Assembly (NCBI GenBank): GCA_951406725.2
Contig: OX597839.1
Coordinates: forward strand, 32,612,001 to 32,676,000
Origin: Octopus vulgaris
Lineage: Eukaryota
Length of the DNA stretch: 64,000 nt
Direction of reading: 5' to 3'
Below, piece by piece: positions 41,727-54,366 of this stretch (positions within the stretch are counted from its first letter, which is position 1; each line of letters starts with the position of its first letter). The notes below the pieces were generated by a model. That model was not told where the DNA came from. It saw nothing but the letters and a program-made list of their open reading frames with translations, and made no database searches. The position numbers and the translations under genes are program-made.

Positions 41727-42030
41727 TGGAGGCACATGGACTAGTGGTTAGAGCAGCAGACTCGCGGTCGAGGGATTGCGGGTTCGAATTTCAAACGGGG
41801 CGATGTGTGTGTTTATGAGCGAAACCCCTAAGCTCCAGGGACCCCCAGCAGAAGGTAATGGCGAACTTCTGCTGTCTCTTTCGCCACAACTTTCTCTCAC
41901 CCTTGCAGCTTACCCGCAATGGACCGGCGTCCGTCCCCGTCCAGGTGGGGAACCCATACACCAATGAAACCGGGAATCCGGCTCTTATGAGCCAGGCATG
42001 GCTCGAGAAGGAACAAACAACAACAACAAC
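41727..42030 (+). mobile_element. tRNA-derived SINE, family C-related head with (CAA)n tail
   Basis: TGGAGGCACATGGACTAGTGG...GGTTCGAATTTC. Inserted into a - strand family B SINE (41645-42180). Confidence 0.7.
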
Positions 42031-42799
42031 AACAGTGTTTCACTCGTACTTAATTTATCGAGCCGAAAGGATGAAAGGCAAAGTCGACCTCGGCGGAATT
42101 TGAACCCAGAACGTAGCGATGGGCGAAATACTGTTAAACATTTCGCCCGGCGTGTTAACGATTCTGCTAACTCGCCACCTCAGCAGGTACAAATGAGAAT
42201 CTACAGCTTGGATATAAAAGGTGTAATATCTAGTTCTCAGTTAAATCCTTTGCACCCTTTCCCTGTCTCCCTTCCCCTTCCTTCTCTCTTCCCCCTCTCT
42301 CTCCCCCACTCAGGTTAATCTCTCATTATGCCAATCAAAACGGAGAGTTTGACACTTGGCACGGCAGGCTTAAGGAAACGACTTCTCTTCCCTTCCCCTC
42401 CGCTCATTATTTACAAGACGTGTGTATATGTGTGCCTGTGTGTGTGTGCGTGCATGCGTGTGTATAGATGGGGTATAGGCCATCGATGACTTTTGTCCAT
42501 CCACTGTTTTCGACTGTGGGGCCGTCTTTTCTGCTCCTCTCCAGTTTGATCCCTACTTTACCATCCCTGTCATAGGATCCCACCGCCAGTTACTTTAGGG
42601 TTTCCTCTCTTCCGCGTCAAAACCCGGCAGGCAATGCAAGGTGTTGGTTTCGTTAAGGCGAGATCAATCTATCGATCTCTTTTCGGGTTAGAATGCAAGC
42701 TGTACCCAACAATGCTGTCTTCGGGATCACCTCCAACCTGACGGCAGCTCCAATATTCTTAATCTCCTCCTTGTTGTTGTTGTTCTTCTTCTTCTTATT

Positions 42800-43140
42800 A
42801 TTATTATTATTATTCAGTAGTTTTGTTTTTATAGCATGCTTTCACTTCACTACCGAGTGCAGCTCTGTGTGCCTTGGGTATGTGCTGTGATTTGTTGTGA
42901 TGCTCTGATGGTTACTGTACTGAAAGTGTTTTACTTTGGCTGTGTGCAATGTCCAGGTAGTGCAATTTTCTGTATGTTATATATATTTGTAAGTCCTGGT
43001 GTTTTTGTTATGTATTTGTCTGAATGTTTTGCTATCATTCCTAATGCGCCTACTATGATAGGAATTGTTTCTGTTTTTAGATTCCACATTCGAGTTACCT
43101 CTATTTTCAGGTCTTTGTATTTTGAAAGTTTCTCCATTTC
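42800..43140 (-). mobile_element. R4/Dong-clade (RLE) LINE 3' fragment in (TAA)n
   Basis: KEMEKLSKYKDLKIEVTRMWNLKTETIPIIVGALGMI...IQKIAL. Flanked by TTA repeats. Confidence 0.85.
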
Positions 43141-43257
43141 TTTTATTATTATTATCATCATCATCAATATTATTATTATCATTATTATTATTATTATTCT
43201 AAATAGTTTGATTCTGTCCCATGAAACGTAGCTTGTCGGTATATATATTTATATATT

Positions 43258-43585
43258 CTTTTATTCTTTATATTTGTTTCAGTCATTTGACTGTGGCCAT
43301 GCTGGAGCACCACATTTAGTCGAGCAAATCGACTCCCAGGACTTATTCTTTGTAAGCCTAGTACTTAGTCTATCGGTCTCTTTTGCCGAACTTCTAAGTT
43401 ACGAGGCCGTAAACACACCAGCATCGGTTGTCATCTGATGTTGGAGGGACAAACACAGACACACAAACACACACACGCACGTACACACACACACATACAC
43501 ATATATATATACGACGGGCTTCTTTCAGTTTCCCCTCCACCAAATCCATTCACAATGCTTTGGTCGACCGGAGGCTATAGTAGAC
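43258..43585 (-). mobile_element. SINE family A, 5'-truncated
   Basis: Homology to 4262-4660. Confidence 0.85.
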
Positions 43586-45941
43586 GTCATTGATTGGTTG
43601 AAATTGCCGAAATGCAAGAAATTAAACAACAAATAACTTACAAACTATAGAATTTTCTCAAGAAAGCCAAGAGAAAAAGATGTTTTATGTAACACATTCT
43701 ACCAGTATACGAAGTTTAAAAGTGTTTAGTTGCAAAGAAATTATTTTTAAAAATCTGCCAGTCAAAGTGAAAAGATCCCACGTGCCTAGTATTTGTAATA
43801 TGTAACAACAATAGGTTTAAAAAAATTCTAATCAGATAACAAAATGAAAATATTTACTGAAACCATATCGAATGAAATTATCTACAAAAGGGATCTATTT
43901 CGGGAAATTATGCAACAGATGATACTGTGATTTTTATCTCTCATTGAATGCAGACGATAAAGCGATCTGATGGTTGAAACCATTTAAAATATTTTTCACT
44001 GAATACAGACGATAAAGCGATTTATTTATCTATAAACGGAACGGATGAAACAAAAGACATTGATTTTCAATGATGAAGCAGCTGTCATATTTTGTTGCCT
44101 GTTATTTTCACAAAATACGGTACCATATAGACATACATTGCTTAAATACAATTACATAAAGAAACACATTCTTCCCTTATTTAAATATTTCTATTTTTTT
44201 GTTCCTTTTTTTTTTTTCAGAAAAAATTAAAAGCATTAAAAAAAATTTAAAGTACGTTTAAAATTAGAAACCATTGTTATTTTACAATGACAATGTATTT
44301 TTTATGGTCATGGCAGAGTCAGAAAAAAAATCATATATATATGTTATTTTAAAGTACATCAAGTTTTGAAACTTACTTTTCTGAGTGCAAATCCCGACGG
44401 GATCAATGATACGCCAACGATTCCACCAGGTTGTTTCTTCATTTGGTCAGGTTATTTGTCCTAAATGTGCTTTGTGTGGTATATTTACAGGCCATTTTGC
44501 CTGCTTTGTTTTTTTTAAATTTTACATTGACATAGAGTCGTACGACCGACTACCTGTCGAATCATTGTGCACTCCTTAATATCACGCATAAAGGAACTAA
44601 AAGTGTACTGCCTCGGTACACGTGTGTCTAACCGCAAAGCACACACACAGACATGTATATATACATACATCAAGATTAATCAGCCGAAATTGCGAAGATG
44701 ATCCGGTTCTTGACTGATGATTGAGAGCTTCGAAAGTCCCGTCCGTGTTTTTTGTGTCGTCTTCTAAATGTTTCACGTTCTTGTCCCAGTTTGTGTATTT
44801 TTTTTACTTTTACATACATACATATATACATATATACATACATATTCATATATATACTAACGTATTCAACATGTTTTGGCCCAGGCAGAGATTGCAAGAA
44901 CTACCAAAACATGTTTTAAATTCTTTGACGGTGACTAAAATTGTCGAATGGTTTGAAACCCTTCCGTATTTTCGACAGGTAAACTTAGGGCCACAAATAT
45001 TTTGCACCTTAGCCTGCACTCTTGATCTAAGTGGAGCAACAAGGACTGAATTAGTCTTCACACGCTGAAGAGTTCCAGTAACAGGCTCTTGTGAACAATC
45101 TTCAGTTGGACTCGTCTACCTTGGTTATATCCCTACTAGGTTGCATTACTTGTTTAGGATCTAAACCAGTTGTCCATATGACCTTTGGGGGTCCTTATGA
45201 CCCTTGTTAGGGGGGGGGGGGCATACAAGATTTTATTGTCAAAATTTATGAGCAATAAACTGATTCTTCTTCTTAAATACACAAAACATTTTAGGTTTTT
45301 AAAATAAAATTCCAAATAATATTTAATTATAAAAATATGAAGCAGCGCTACGGATGTGCTAACACACACGAGATTTTGACATGGCCCACCTCACGCACTT
45401 CTCATGTGGAATTCCAGAAGGATCTTCGTGAGATCACTGCTGAGACGCTTCCGAAACAAAAAAGAAGCTGTTGGAAAACCGATTATAGCAGTGACTCGAT
45501 CAATTCCTAGGGATATCTGAAGAAGGAATTTTGTTCCGAAATATCAAATCAGATGATTAAATTACAACAGTACTTATTCTATCGGTCTCTTTTGCCGAAT
45601 CGCTATGTTACGAGAACATAAACACACCAAAATCAGTTGTCAAGCGATTTTGGGATATACACACACACACACATATACGACGGGCTTCTTTCAGTTTCCG
45701 TCTACGAAATCCACTCACAAGGATTTGGTCAGTCCGAGGCTAGAGTAGAAGACACTTACCCAAGGTGCCACGCAGTGGGACTGAACCCGGAACCATGAGG
45801 TTGGGGAGCAAGCTTCTTTTATTAATTTAATTGGCCACAAGGGCCTCACAAAGAAAGGAAGCTGCGGGCTGGACACACAAGCTTCTTACCACACAGCCAC
45901 ACCTACAGCTACGTATATTAGCTATTTACCAAGTTATAGTG

Positions 45942-46322
45942 TGGAGGCGCAATGGCCCAGTGGTTAGGGCAGCGAACTCGCGATCGGAGGATCGCGGTTT
46001 CGATTCCCAGACCGGGCGTTGTGAGTGTTTATTGAGCGAAAACACCTAAAGCTCCACGAGGCTCCGGCAGGGGATGGTGGTGATCCCTGCTGTACTCTTT
46101 CGCCACAACTTTCTCTCGCTCTTTCTTCCTGTTTCTCTTGTACCTGTATTTCAAGGGGCCAGCCTTGTCACTCTCTGTGTCACGCTGAATATCCCCGAGA
46201 ACTACGTTAAGGGTACACGTGTCTGTGGAGTGCTCAGCCACTTGCACGTTAATTTCACGAGCAAGCTGTTCCGTTGATCGTATCAGCTGGGACCCTCATC
46301 GTCGCAACCGACGGAGTGCTCC
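45942..46322 (+). mobile_element. SINE family C with TSD
   Basis: CTATTTACCAAGT duplicated at about 45922 and 46328. Confidence 0.9.
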
Positions 46323-47149
46323 TACTACTATTTACCAAGTAAATAATTCACATGCTAAAATATAAAACATACCCGTTTTTCCCACCATGCTTATTAACAC
46401 ATTTAAATACTGTTTTAAATTGTCGATTTTATTGTCTTTTCATGACAAGACATCACTTAGTCTATTTTTCCTTTTGAGTACCCGGCGAGGTACTCTTTGT
46501 TAGTAAAAAACCTTGTTGTTGAACCTCGGGCATTTTGCAGTGAAGCTTCGTCTACCCTATCATTTGTTGGCTCCACATGAATGCACACATTTAACCCACT
46601 TAACACCTTCGTGTGTACCGAGTAGTTCGGTTGACCTTGTGAAAATATAACATTTAACAATGCCCTTACTTATGAGAATCCGGTTTCTTTAAATGCAGAC
46701 GTTGACTCACGATATAGTCTTTAGTGGCCCACACTATCCGGACAGTGTTGAATGATATTTTTGTATTTGTCGGTGTTATTTATATATTTCATGTCACGAT
46801 GTGTAAGCAAAAACGTTTTTGCTAAAAGGCTCCCAATGGTTTCAGTTAGTCTAAGATAAATATCTTATCTTCTTGTGTCTTGGGAGGGTCATCACATCAG
46901 CATCGTGGTCGCCGGTTCAGTCCTGTTGTCTTCTACTATAACACAGGGCCAACCAACGCGCACACACACATACATACATTATTCAGAAGACATTATTTCG
47001 GCCTAGCTAAAGGCATCTGGAAAATGTAAAACTGCTGTCAGAGAAAAACCATTTTTCCATCGTGGGAAAAGTTCTGTTGCAGTGTTAATTTAAATTTGGC
47101 TGTGGTGGATCGAATCCACTTCATGCTTGCAAGATCCACTACATATATA

Positions 47150-47497
<348 letters not shown>

Positions 47498-48299
47498 GCC
47501 GGGCTTGTTTCAGTTTCCATGTGCCAAATCCACTCGCAAGGCTTTGCTTGGCTCCAGGCTATAGTAAAAGACACTGACCCAAAGAACTTCGCAGTGGGAC
47601 AGAACCTCGAACCATGTGGTTGGGAAGTCAGATTCTTCCTGCGCACTCCCACCCGAGCCTATAGAGATACACACAGACACGCACACACACACGCACAGAC
47701 ACACATATATATATACACACACATGCATTCACTCAGATGAACCTACAACAGCAGCAACAACAGCAATGCCATCAAATGCGGCCATAATTGCTTAGTTCCG
47801 GTGGTTGACTTTACACAGAAATAACCCGCTCCCCCCACACACATAGTCAACACATCCACAAACTTCTTCCCTTTGCCCTGTCATTAATTGTTCATTCACG
47901 GCGTTGTACCAAACAATGATAACAACAACAGCAACAACAACAACAACGGTAAGTACAACAATAACGAATAATTACAGAGACTTAGCTGGGTTCCTGATAA
48001 CTGATTGGTTAAAAGAGAATCGTGAAACCACGCCTACAAAGCATCTTACCGAGTCAACGAAGCCATGAGGATGATGATGATGACGACGATGATGATGATG
48101 ATTACAGTTGTGTAAAATTGGAAAGCATACATACGATTATAAATACAAGGTGGACGGTGGTCTTGTCTCGTCCACATTCGTCTCAGCTATTTTGGCGAAG
48201 ACGACATCAACTTGGTGGCTCAGGAGAACCGATTTGACTTCACACAAACACACTCTCACACACGCGGACGCTTGCATTCTTAAGGTAATGGCATGTTTT

Positions 48300-48690
48300 A
48301 CTCTCTTTTTCTCTTTTACTTGTTTCAGTCATTTGACTGCGGCCATGCTGGAGCACCGCCTTTTTGTTGAGCAAATCGACCCCAGGACTTATTCTTTTGT
48401 AAGCCCAGTACTTATTCTATCGGTCTCTTTTGCCGAACCGCTAAGTAACGGGGACATAAACACACCAGCATCGGTTGTCAAGCAATGCTAGGGGGACAAA
48501 CACAGACACACACATGCATATATATATACATATATACGACGGGCTTCTTTTCAGTTTCCGTCTACCAAATCCACTCACAAGGCTTTGGTCGACCCGAGGC
48601 CATAGTAGAAGACACTTGCCCAAGGTGCCACGCAGTGGGAATGAACCTGGAACTATGTGGTTGGTAAGCAAGCTGCTTACCACACAGCCA
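48300..48690 (-). mobile_element. SINE family A
   Basis: Homology to 4262-4660. Confidence 0.88.
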
Positions 48691-48953
48691 CAAAGTCGGG
48701 TTGTTATCTTAGCCGAATACGGTGCAATTGGATTCAGCGGTTGCGTTCCTTTGTTTTTAAAGCTGTTGAAAATCGTTGGATTCTTCGCGATTGTCGCCTG
48801 TTGTTTCGAAGATTCGTTTATAGATTCCAGCACTTGTTTCCAAGAATGGTTTTTTACCATCAGATCCCGTATCTTGGAAGCTACGGGTAGGAACTTATTG
48901 ACGTATTTCAGGGGATTTTGTTGTTTTGCTTTCATCTCTCTCTCTCTTTCTCC

Positions 48954-49010
<57 letters not shown>

Positions 49011-49036
49011 CATCAATCTATCTATCTATCTGTCTG

Positions 49037-49093
<57 letters not shown>

Positions 49094-49164
49094 ATACAGA
49101 TATATCTGTCTGCCTGCCTGCCTCTCACTGTCTTTCAGTCTCTCTATGTATATGTGTGTATGTT

Positions 49165-49216
<52 letters not shown>

Positions 49217-49329
49217 GGGTGCCTAGTCAATTTTGATGTCTTAAATGTCGCTTTGTAATATTTTATGGTTTGCAAACAAAACGTTGATGTCCCAACATAT
49301 GTATGTTTAAGAAGACACAAGAAAATTAT

Positions 49330-50080
49330 GAGTCTGTTTTAAAATTTGAGATTACATAGACAGTATTTTACGTAGGATATGGACAGTTCCCATGAGAAAT
49401 TCTTTTGAATTTCTGCCATTTTTGGATTTCCTGGTATCTAAGCTTGGTAGCGACCAGCCCCTTTTGCTATCATTCCCAGGGCACCTATGACAAACTGGTA
49501 TTGTTTTAGTCTTGAGGTTCCACATTTTGCTCATTTCTATTTCATAATCTTTATACTTGCTCAGTTTTTGGTAGGTCCTGACAGATACATTTATATCGAT
49601 TGGGACAGTCATATCAATGAGGAGGCATGATTTTTGTTTGAAGTCTTTCAATATAATGTCTAGCCTATTCGCATCTATCTTTCTGTCAGTTTGAAAGGTG
49701 AAATTCCAGAGGAGTGAGATGTGATCTTTTTCAAGCACTGGAGGTGGTTTGTGTTTCCACCAGTTTTTATCACGGGGCAAGTCCAGGCTTTTGCAAATTA
49801 CCCAGTGAATATATTGTGCTGTTCTATAATGCCTGTTGAGATACTCTGTAGGTGCAAGAAAACTGCACATTGAGACAACATGATCAATGGTTTCATTTTG
49901 TTGTTGACATACTCGACATGTTGGGCTACTGCTGTTCTTTAATATGTTGGCCTGGTAGTTCCGTGTCGGTAGGCATTGATCTTTGGTTGCTATGATAAAC
50001 CCTTCTGCTTCTGATTTTAAGCCAGAAGACACTAACCATTGATGGGTAACGACTTTGTCAACATCGGCATTATTAGCTCT
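49330..50080 (-). mobile_element. R4/Dong-clade LINE C-terminal fragment (CCHC knuckle + restriction-like endonuclease)
   Basis: CRVCQQQNETIDHVVSMC, RH, NRLDII, LIDMTVP, KLSKYKD. Frameshifted near the end. Confidence 0.9.
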
Positions 50081-50357
50081 CTTTGTATATTTGCCATTGA
50101 GAGGTTTTTCTTGCCATTTATTATTATTATTATCACTATTATTATTATTATTATTGTTATTATTATTATTATTTCGTTATCTAGGAAGAACAGCAACGCC
50201 TACGACTTTTCCATATCCGTCTCACAAATTGCTGAGACCGCTAACACGGTCGGATTTCTGAAGTTCAGTTGTGACACGATTATTTTAACCGTTTGGGTTC
50301 GTTCAACATTCGCCATTTTGGGAGAAATACAAAAAAAAACTTGTGAAACACACCGAG

Positions 50358-50445
50358 GATCAATAGAAAAATTTTAAAAGATCAATAGAAAAATTTTAAA
50401 GGATCAATAGAAAAATTTTAAAGGATCAATAGAAAAAATTTAAAA
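50358..50445. repeat. 22-bp tandem repeat x4 (GATCAATAGAAAAATTTTAAAG)
   Basis: Direct inspection. Confidence 0.9.
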
Positions 50446-50614
50446 ACCCTCCTTTTTCAAAATAGAACGCATTCTTGAAACACTTTGATGTCACATCCAC
50501 AACATCGCCATTAACACCATTCAGCCTTTTGCACCTCCAAAATAGAAGAATTCTCTTTCCCATTTGTTTTCGTTTTATTTTCTCCGGTCACTAATAAAAA
50601 ATATATCTGACAAA

Positions 50615-50954
50615 ATGTGCGCCACCGGTTATTTCCACCAAGTTTCCATGGCTCGTTACACGTTGCTGTATAATAACAACAAGAACAATAAGAAGATTTA
50701 TGGTGATGCAAGCGATTTCACTGAAGATAGAGACGACGGAAGCAGAGGAAGAATCGATGAATCGATCCATCAAGTTAACTTGGTGGTTACCGGAGAAGCT
50801 GAGACGGGGAAAGCTTCATTGATAGATAAATTCGTGAAGAAAAACTGCGTTTTGAACCACCGAGGTGAACTCAGCCATAATATGTTGCAGAGAAGAACAG
50901 ATGAAGATACAAAAAGATGGCAAAGAATTCTTCTCCATCTGAAGGACACCAGCA
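50615..50954 (+). CDS. Atypical Rab/Ras-like small GTPase-fold protein, coding exon 1
   Basis: ATG at 50615 (alternative 50648). Translates ...QVNLVVTGEAETGKASLIDKFV...LLHLKDTS, giving a P-loop-like G1 and a G3-like DT. Donor agca|GTAAGT at 50955, phase 1. Confidence 0.8.
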
Positions 50955-50996
50955 GTAAGTGGTTTAATAAAACTAATCCCTTATCATCATCATCAT

Positions 50997-51209
50997 ACTC
51001 TTTACTCTTTTACTTGTTTCAGTCATTTGACTGCGGCCATGCTGGAGCACTGCCTTTAGTCGAGCAAATCGACCTCAGGACTTATTCTTTGTAAGCCCAG
51101 TACTTATTCTATCGGTCTCCTTTGCCGAACCGCTAAGTAACGGGGACGTAAACACACCAGCATCGGTTGTCAAGCAATGCTAGGGAGACAAACACAGACA
51201 CACAAACAC

Positions 51210-51308
<99 letters not shown>

Positions 51309-51466
51309 TACGACAGGCTTCTTTCAGTTTCCGTCTACCAAATCCACTCACAAGGCATTGGTCGGCCCGGGGCTACAGCAGAAGACACTTGCCCAAGATG
51401 CCACGCAGTGGGACTGAACCCGGAACCATGTGGTTGGTTAGCAAGCTATTTACCACACAGCCACTC
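50997..51466 (-). mobile_element. SINE family A in intron 1 of the GTPase-like gene
   Basis: Homology to 4262-4660. Confidence 0.88.
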
Positions 51467-51529
51467 CATCATCATCATCATCATCATCATTGTCATCGAT
51501 CGTCGTCGTCATCATCATCAGCATCATTA

Positions 51530-51945
51530 TAAGGAAGTTGAGAGTGGAGAGGGAAGTGCGTTGTCCTCGAGTGAGTTTATCGAAAGGTGGGTGAAAGTTG
51601 CGAAAATGGCAAGAGTGGATGGTACCTCTTGGAGTGTAGACCTTTGAGTCGGAGAGAAGGAATTGGAGAGGCCACTTGCTCCTGGGGTTTCAGAGAAATC
51701 TCGGACAGTAGGGTTCCTCGATTATCCCTAAAGGTTATTCTGTATCTGAAGGGCCACATCTCTATCATCTTCCCCCCCCCCACACACACACTTTTTTTAA
51801 CCTTTCTATATCATGTACTTGTCCATTCTTTTGCATTGTATCTACTTCTTTTTTTATAATTATTTTATCATTTCTTTATTACATGTAAATCCCAACACTT
51901 TCTGTCTGTCTCTGTATTGGCCCCCCTCATCCTTCGCCCTTATGG
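51530..51945 (+). mobile_element. Possible L1/Tx1-like LINE 3' end
   Basis: ALSSSEFIERWVKVAKMARVDGTSWSVDL* followed by a UTR-like tract. Weak similarity by recall only. Confidence 0.35.
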
Positions 51946-51949
51946 TAAA

Positions 51950-52332
51950 CTAGCAGTATCGCCCGGCGTTGCTCGAGTTTGTTTCGACCCTTCAGAATTG
52001 GAATTTTTGAAAAGTAAAAATTTTGCCTTATGTAGCTTGTTATTCTCTTTAAGTGAACATTTTTCTGGTTAAAATACACCGAAAGATGGCAGTCAAAAAA
52101 ATCGTAAAAAATAGGGATTTTCATAGAAAAAAAGCACCTTTTTGATGTAAATAATATTTGGTGTTAACATGGTCCGATTTGAATTTTTCCTTCTACGGAA
52201 GGAAGAGCAAACTTTCTTCTATCATACTCTCAATTTTGGTCAACTTGCGCCGCAGGGTCTTGGAGGAGATAGTGTCAGTTGAAGGCTGCCAAACCTGTCA
52301 CACACAGATAACTTCAGTTTTATATATATAGA
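51950..52332 (-). mobile_element. Non-autonomous Helitron (different internal sequence)
   Basis: Shared hairpin plus CTAG 3' terminus and 5' TC. Confidence 0.78.
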
Positions 52333-52360
52333 TAAATGAAATCATCATCATCATCATTAT

Positions 52361-53500
52361 TAAGGCGGCGAGGAGCTGGCAGAAACGTTAGCACGCCGGG
52401 CGAAATGCGTAGCCGTATTTCGTCTGCCGTTACGTTATGAGTTCAAATTCAGCCGAGGTCGACTTTGCCTTTCATCCTTTCGAGGTCGATAAATTAAGTA
52501 CCAGTTACGTACTGGGGTCGATGTAATCGACTTAATCCATTTGTCCGTCCTTGTTTGTCCTCTCTGTGTTTAGCCCCTTGTAGGTAGTAAAGAAATGGGT
52601 ATTTCGTCTGCCGCTACGTTCTGAGTTCAAATTCCGCCGAGGTCGATTTTGCCTTTCATCCTTTCGAGGTCGATAAATTAAGTACCAGTTATGCACTGGG
52701 ATCGATGTAATTGACTTAATCCGTTTGTCTGTCCTTGTTTGTCCTCTCTGTGTTTAGCCCCTTGTAGGTAGTAAAGAAATGGGTATTTCGTCTGCCGCTA
52801 CGTTGTGAGTTCAAATTCAGCCGAGGTCGACTTTGCCTTTCATCCTTTCGAGGTCGATAAATTAAGTACCAGTTACGCACTGGGGTCGATGTAATCGACT
52901 TAATCCGTTTGTCTGTCCTTGTTTGTCCTCTCTGTGTTTAGCCCCTTGTGGGTAGTAAAGAAACAGGTATTTCGTCGTCTCCACGTTGTGAGTTCAAATT
53001 CCGCCGAGGTCGACTTTGCCTTTCATCCTTTCGAGGTCGATAAATTAAGTACCAGTTATGCACTGGGGTCGATGTAATCGACTTAATCCGTTTGTCTGTC
53101 CTTGTTTGTCCCCTCTGTGTTTAGCCCCTTGTGGGTAGTAAAGAAACAGGTATTTCGTCGTCTCCACGTTGTGAGTTCAAATTCCGCCGAGGTCGACTTT
53201 GCCTTTCATCCTTTCGAGGTCGATAAATTAAGTACCAGTTATGCACTGGGGTCGATGTAATCGACTTAATCCGTTTGTCTGTCCTTGTTTGTCCCCTCTG
53301 TGTTTAGCCCCTTGTGGGTAGTAAAGAAATACATATTTCGTCGTCTCCACGTTGTGAGTTCAAATTCCGCCGAGGTCGACTTTGCCTTTTACTCTTTCGG
53401 GGTCGATAAATTAGGTACCAGTGAAACACTGGGGTCGATGTAATCGACTAGTTTCTTCCCACCAAATTTCAGGCCTTGTGCCTTTAGTAGAAAGGATTAT
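52361..53500 (+). repeat. Head-to-tail array of 6 SINE family B units (about 183 bp), intronic
   Basis: GTATTTCGTC-type unit starts at about 52416, 52599, 52783, 52967, 53150 and 53334. One head only. The last unit has an alternative tail ending in ATT repeats. Confidence 0.92.
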
Positions 53501-53611
53501 TATTATCGTCATCGTTGTTTTTGTTGCTATAGTTGTTATTGTTGTTGTTATTGGTAATATTATTGTTGTTGTTGTTGTTATTATTATTGTTGTTGTTGTT
53601 GTTTATTGTAG

Positions 53612-53711
53612 CCGACGCCCAATGGGAAATTTCGCACCGTTCAATCGTTCACGGTTATTTGATTGTATTCGATGTGACAAACAAAGAAACCTTCGTCAAT
53701 GTCCCTAAATG
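53612..53711 (+). CDS. Atypical Rab/Ras-like protein, coding exon 2
   Basis: Acceptor ttgtAG|, donor tg|GTAAGT. Reads (T)DAQWEISHRSIVHGYLIVFDVTNKETFVNVPK(W), a typical Rab beta4/alpha3 segment. In frame with exon 1. Confidence 0.88.
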
Positions 53712-53793
53712 GTAAGTTAGCCCTTTCTTTATCAACAACGTCAAAAGGGGCCACTAGCATTTTCGCGTCCGAATCTTCTGTACTTATTAACAA

Positions 53794-54188
53794 CTAGCAG
53801 TATCGCCCGGCGTTGCTCGGGTTTGTAAGGGAAATAACTATATAAGCATTTTTAGAGATGTAAAGTATAATAGCCATCTCAATATGGTTAACCACAAAGG
53901 GGGGGGTGTTACTGTAGCTTTTTACGTTCTGAGATTTAATAATACATTTTTAGAGAGTTACTTCCCTTATATAATAGCAAAAAAAGCATTAAAATGGGAA
54001 AAAATTATGGTAATTTTTTTTAAAAATCGTTGACTCATCGTAGACGCGCGCTAATACCCAGAAGGGCTCGATATGAATCACGACTATAAGATACCCGCTT
54101 TTGGTTACACTGCACCGCAAAATGTGGGAGTAGTTAGGAATCTAAATCGTAGGAGACAGACACACAACTTCACATTTATATATAAAGA
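53794..54188 (-). mobile_element. Non-autonomous Helitron in intron 2 of the GTPase-like gene
   Basis: Shared termini. Partly homologous to 16058-16563. Confidence 0.8.
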
Positions 54189-54366
54189 TATCGTCCGTAC
54201 TCTCACGGTTCACTGTGAAAATGATAATTTATTTTGTTGCTAATGTTGTCGAAAAAGGCCCGAAGGCCACATAATATAATTTATTTATCAATTAAAATAT
54301 TTCATTATTAGTTTCAAGGACCGGTCTGGCCAATGTATGTTACAATTGTTTTCATGTATTCAACAG

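Noticed and set aside
44846-45540. Unique-looking stretch with short ORFs
   Set aside because: No recognisable motif or splice structure, so it could not be classified.
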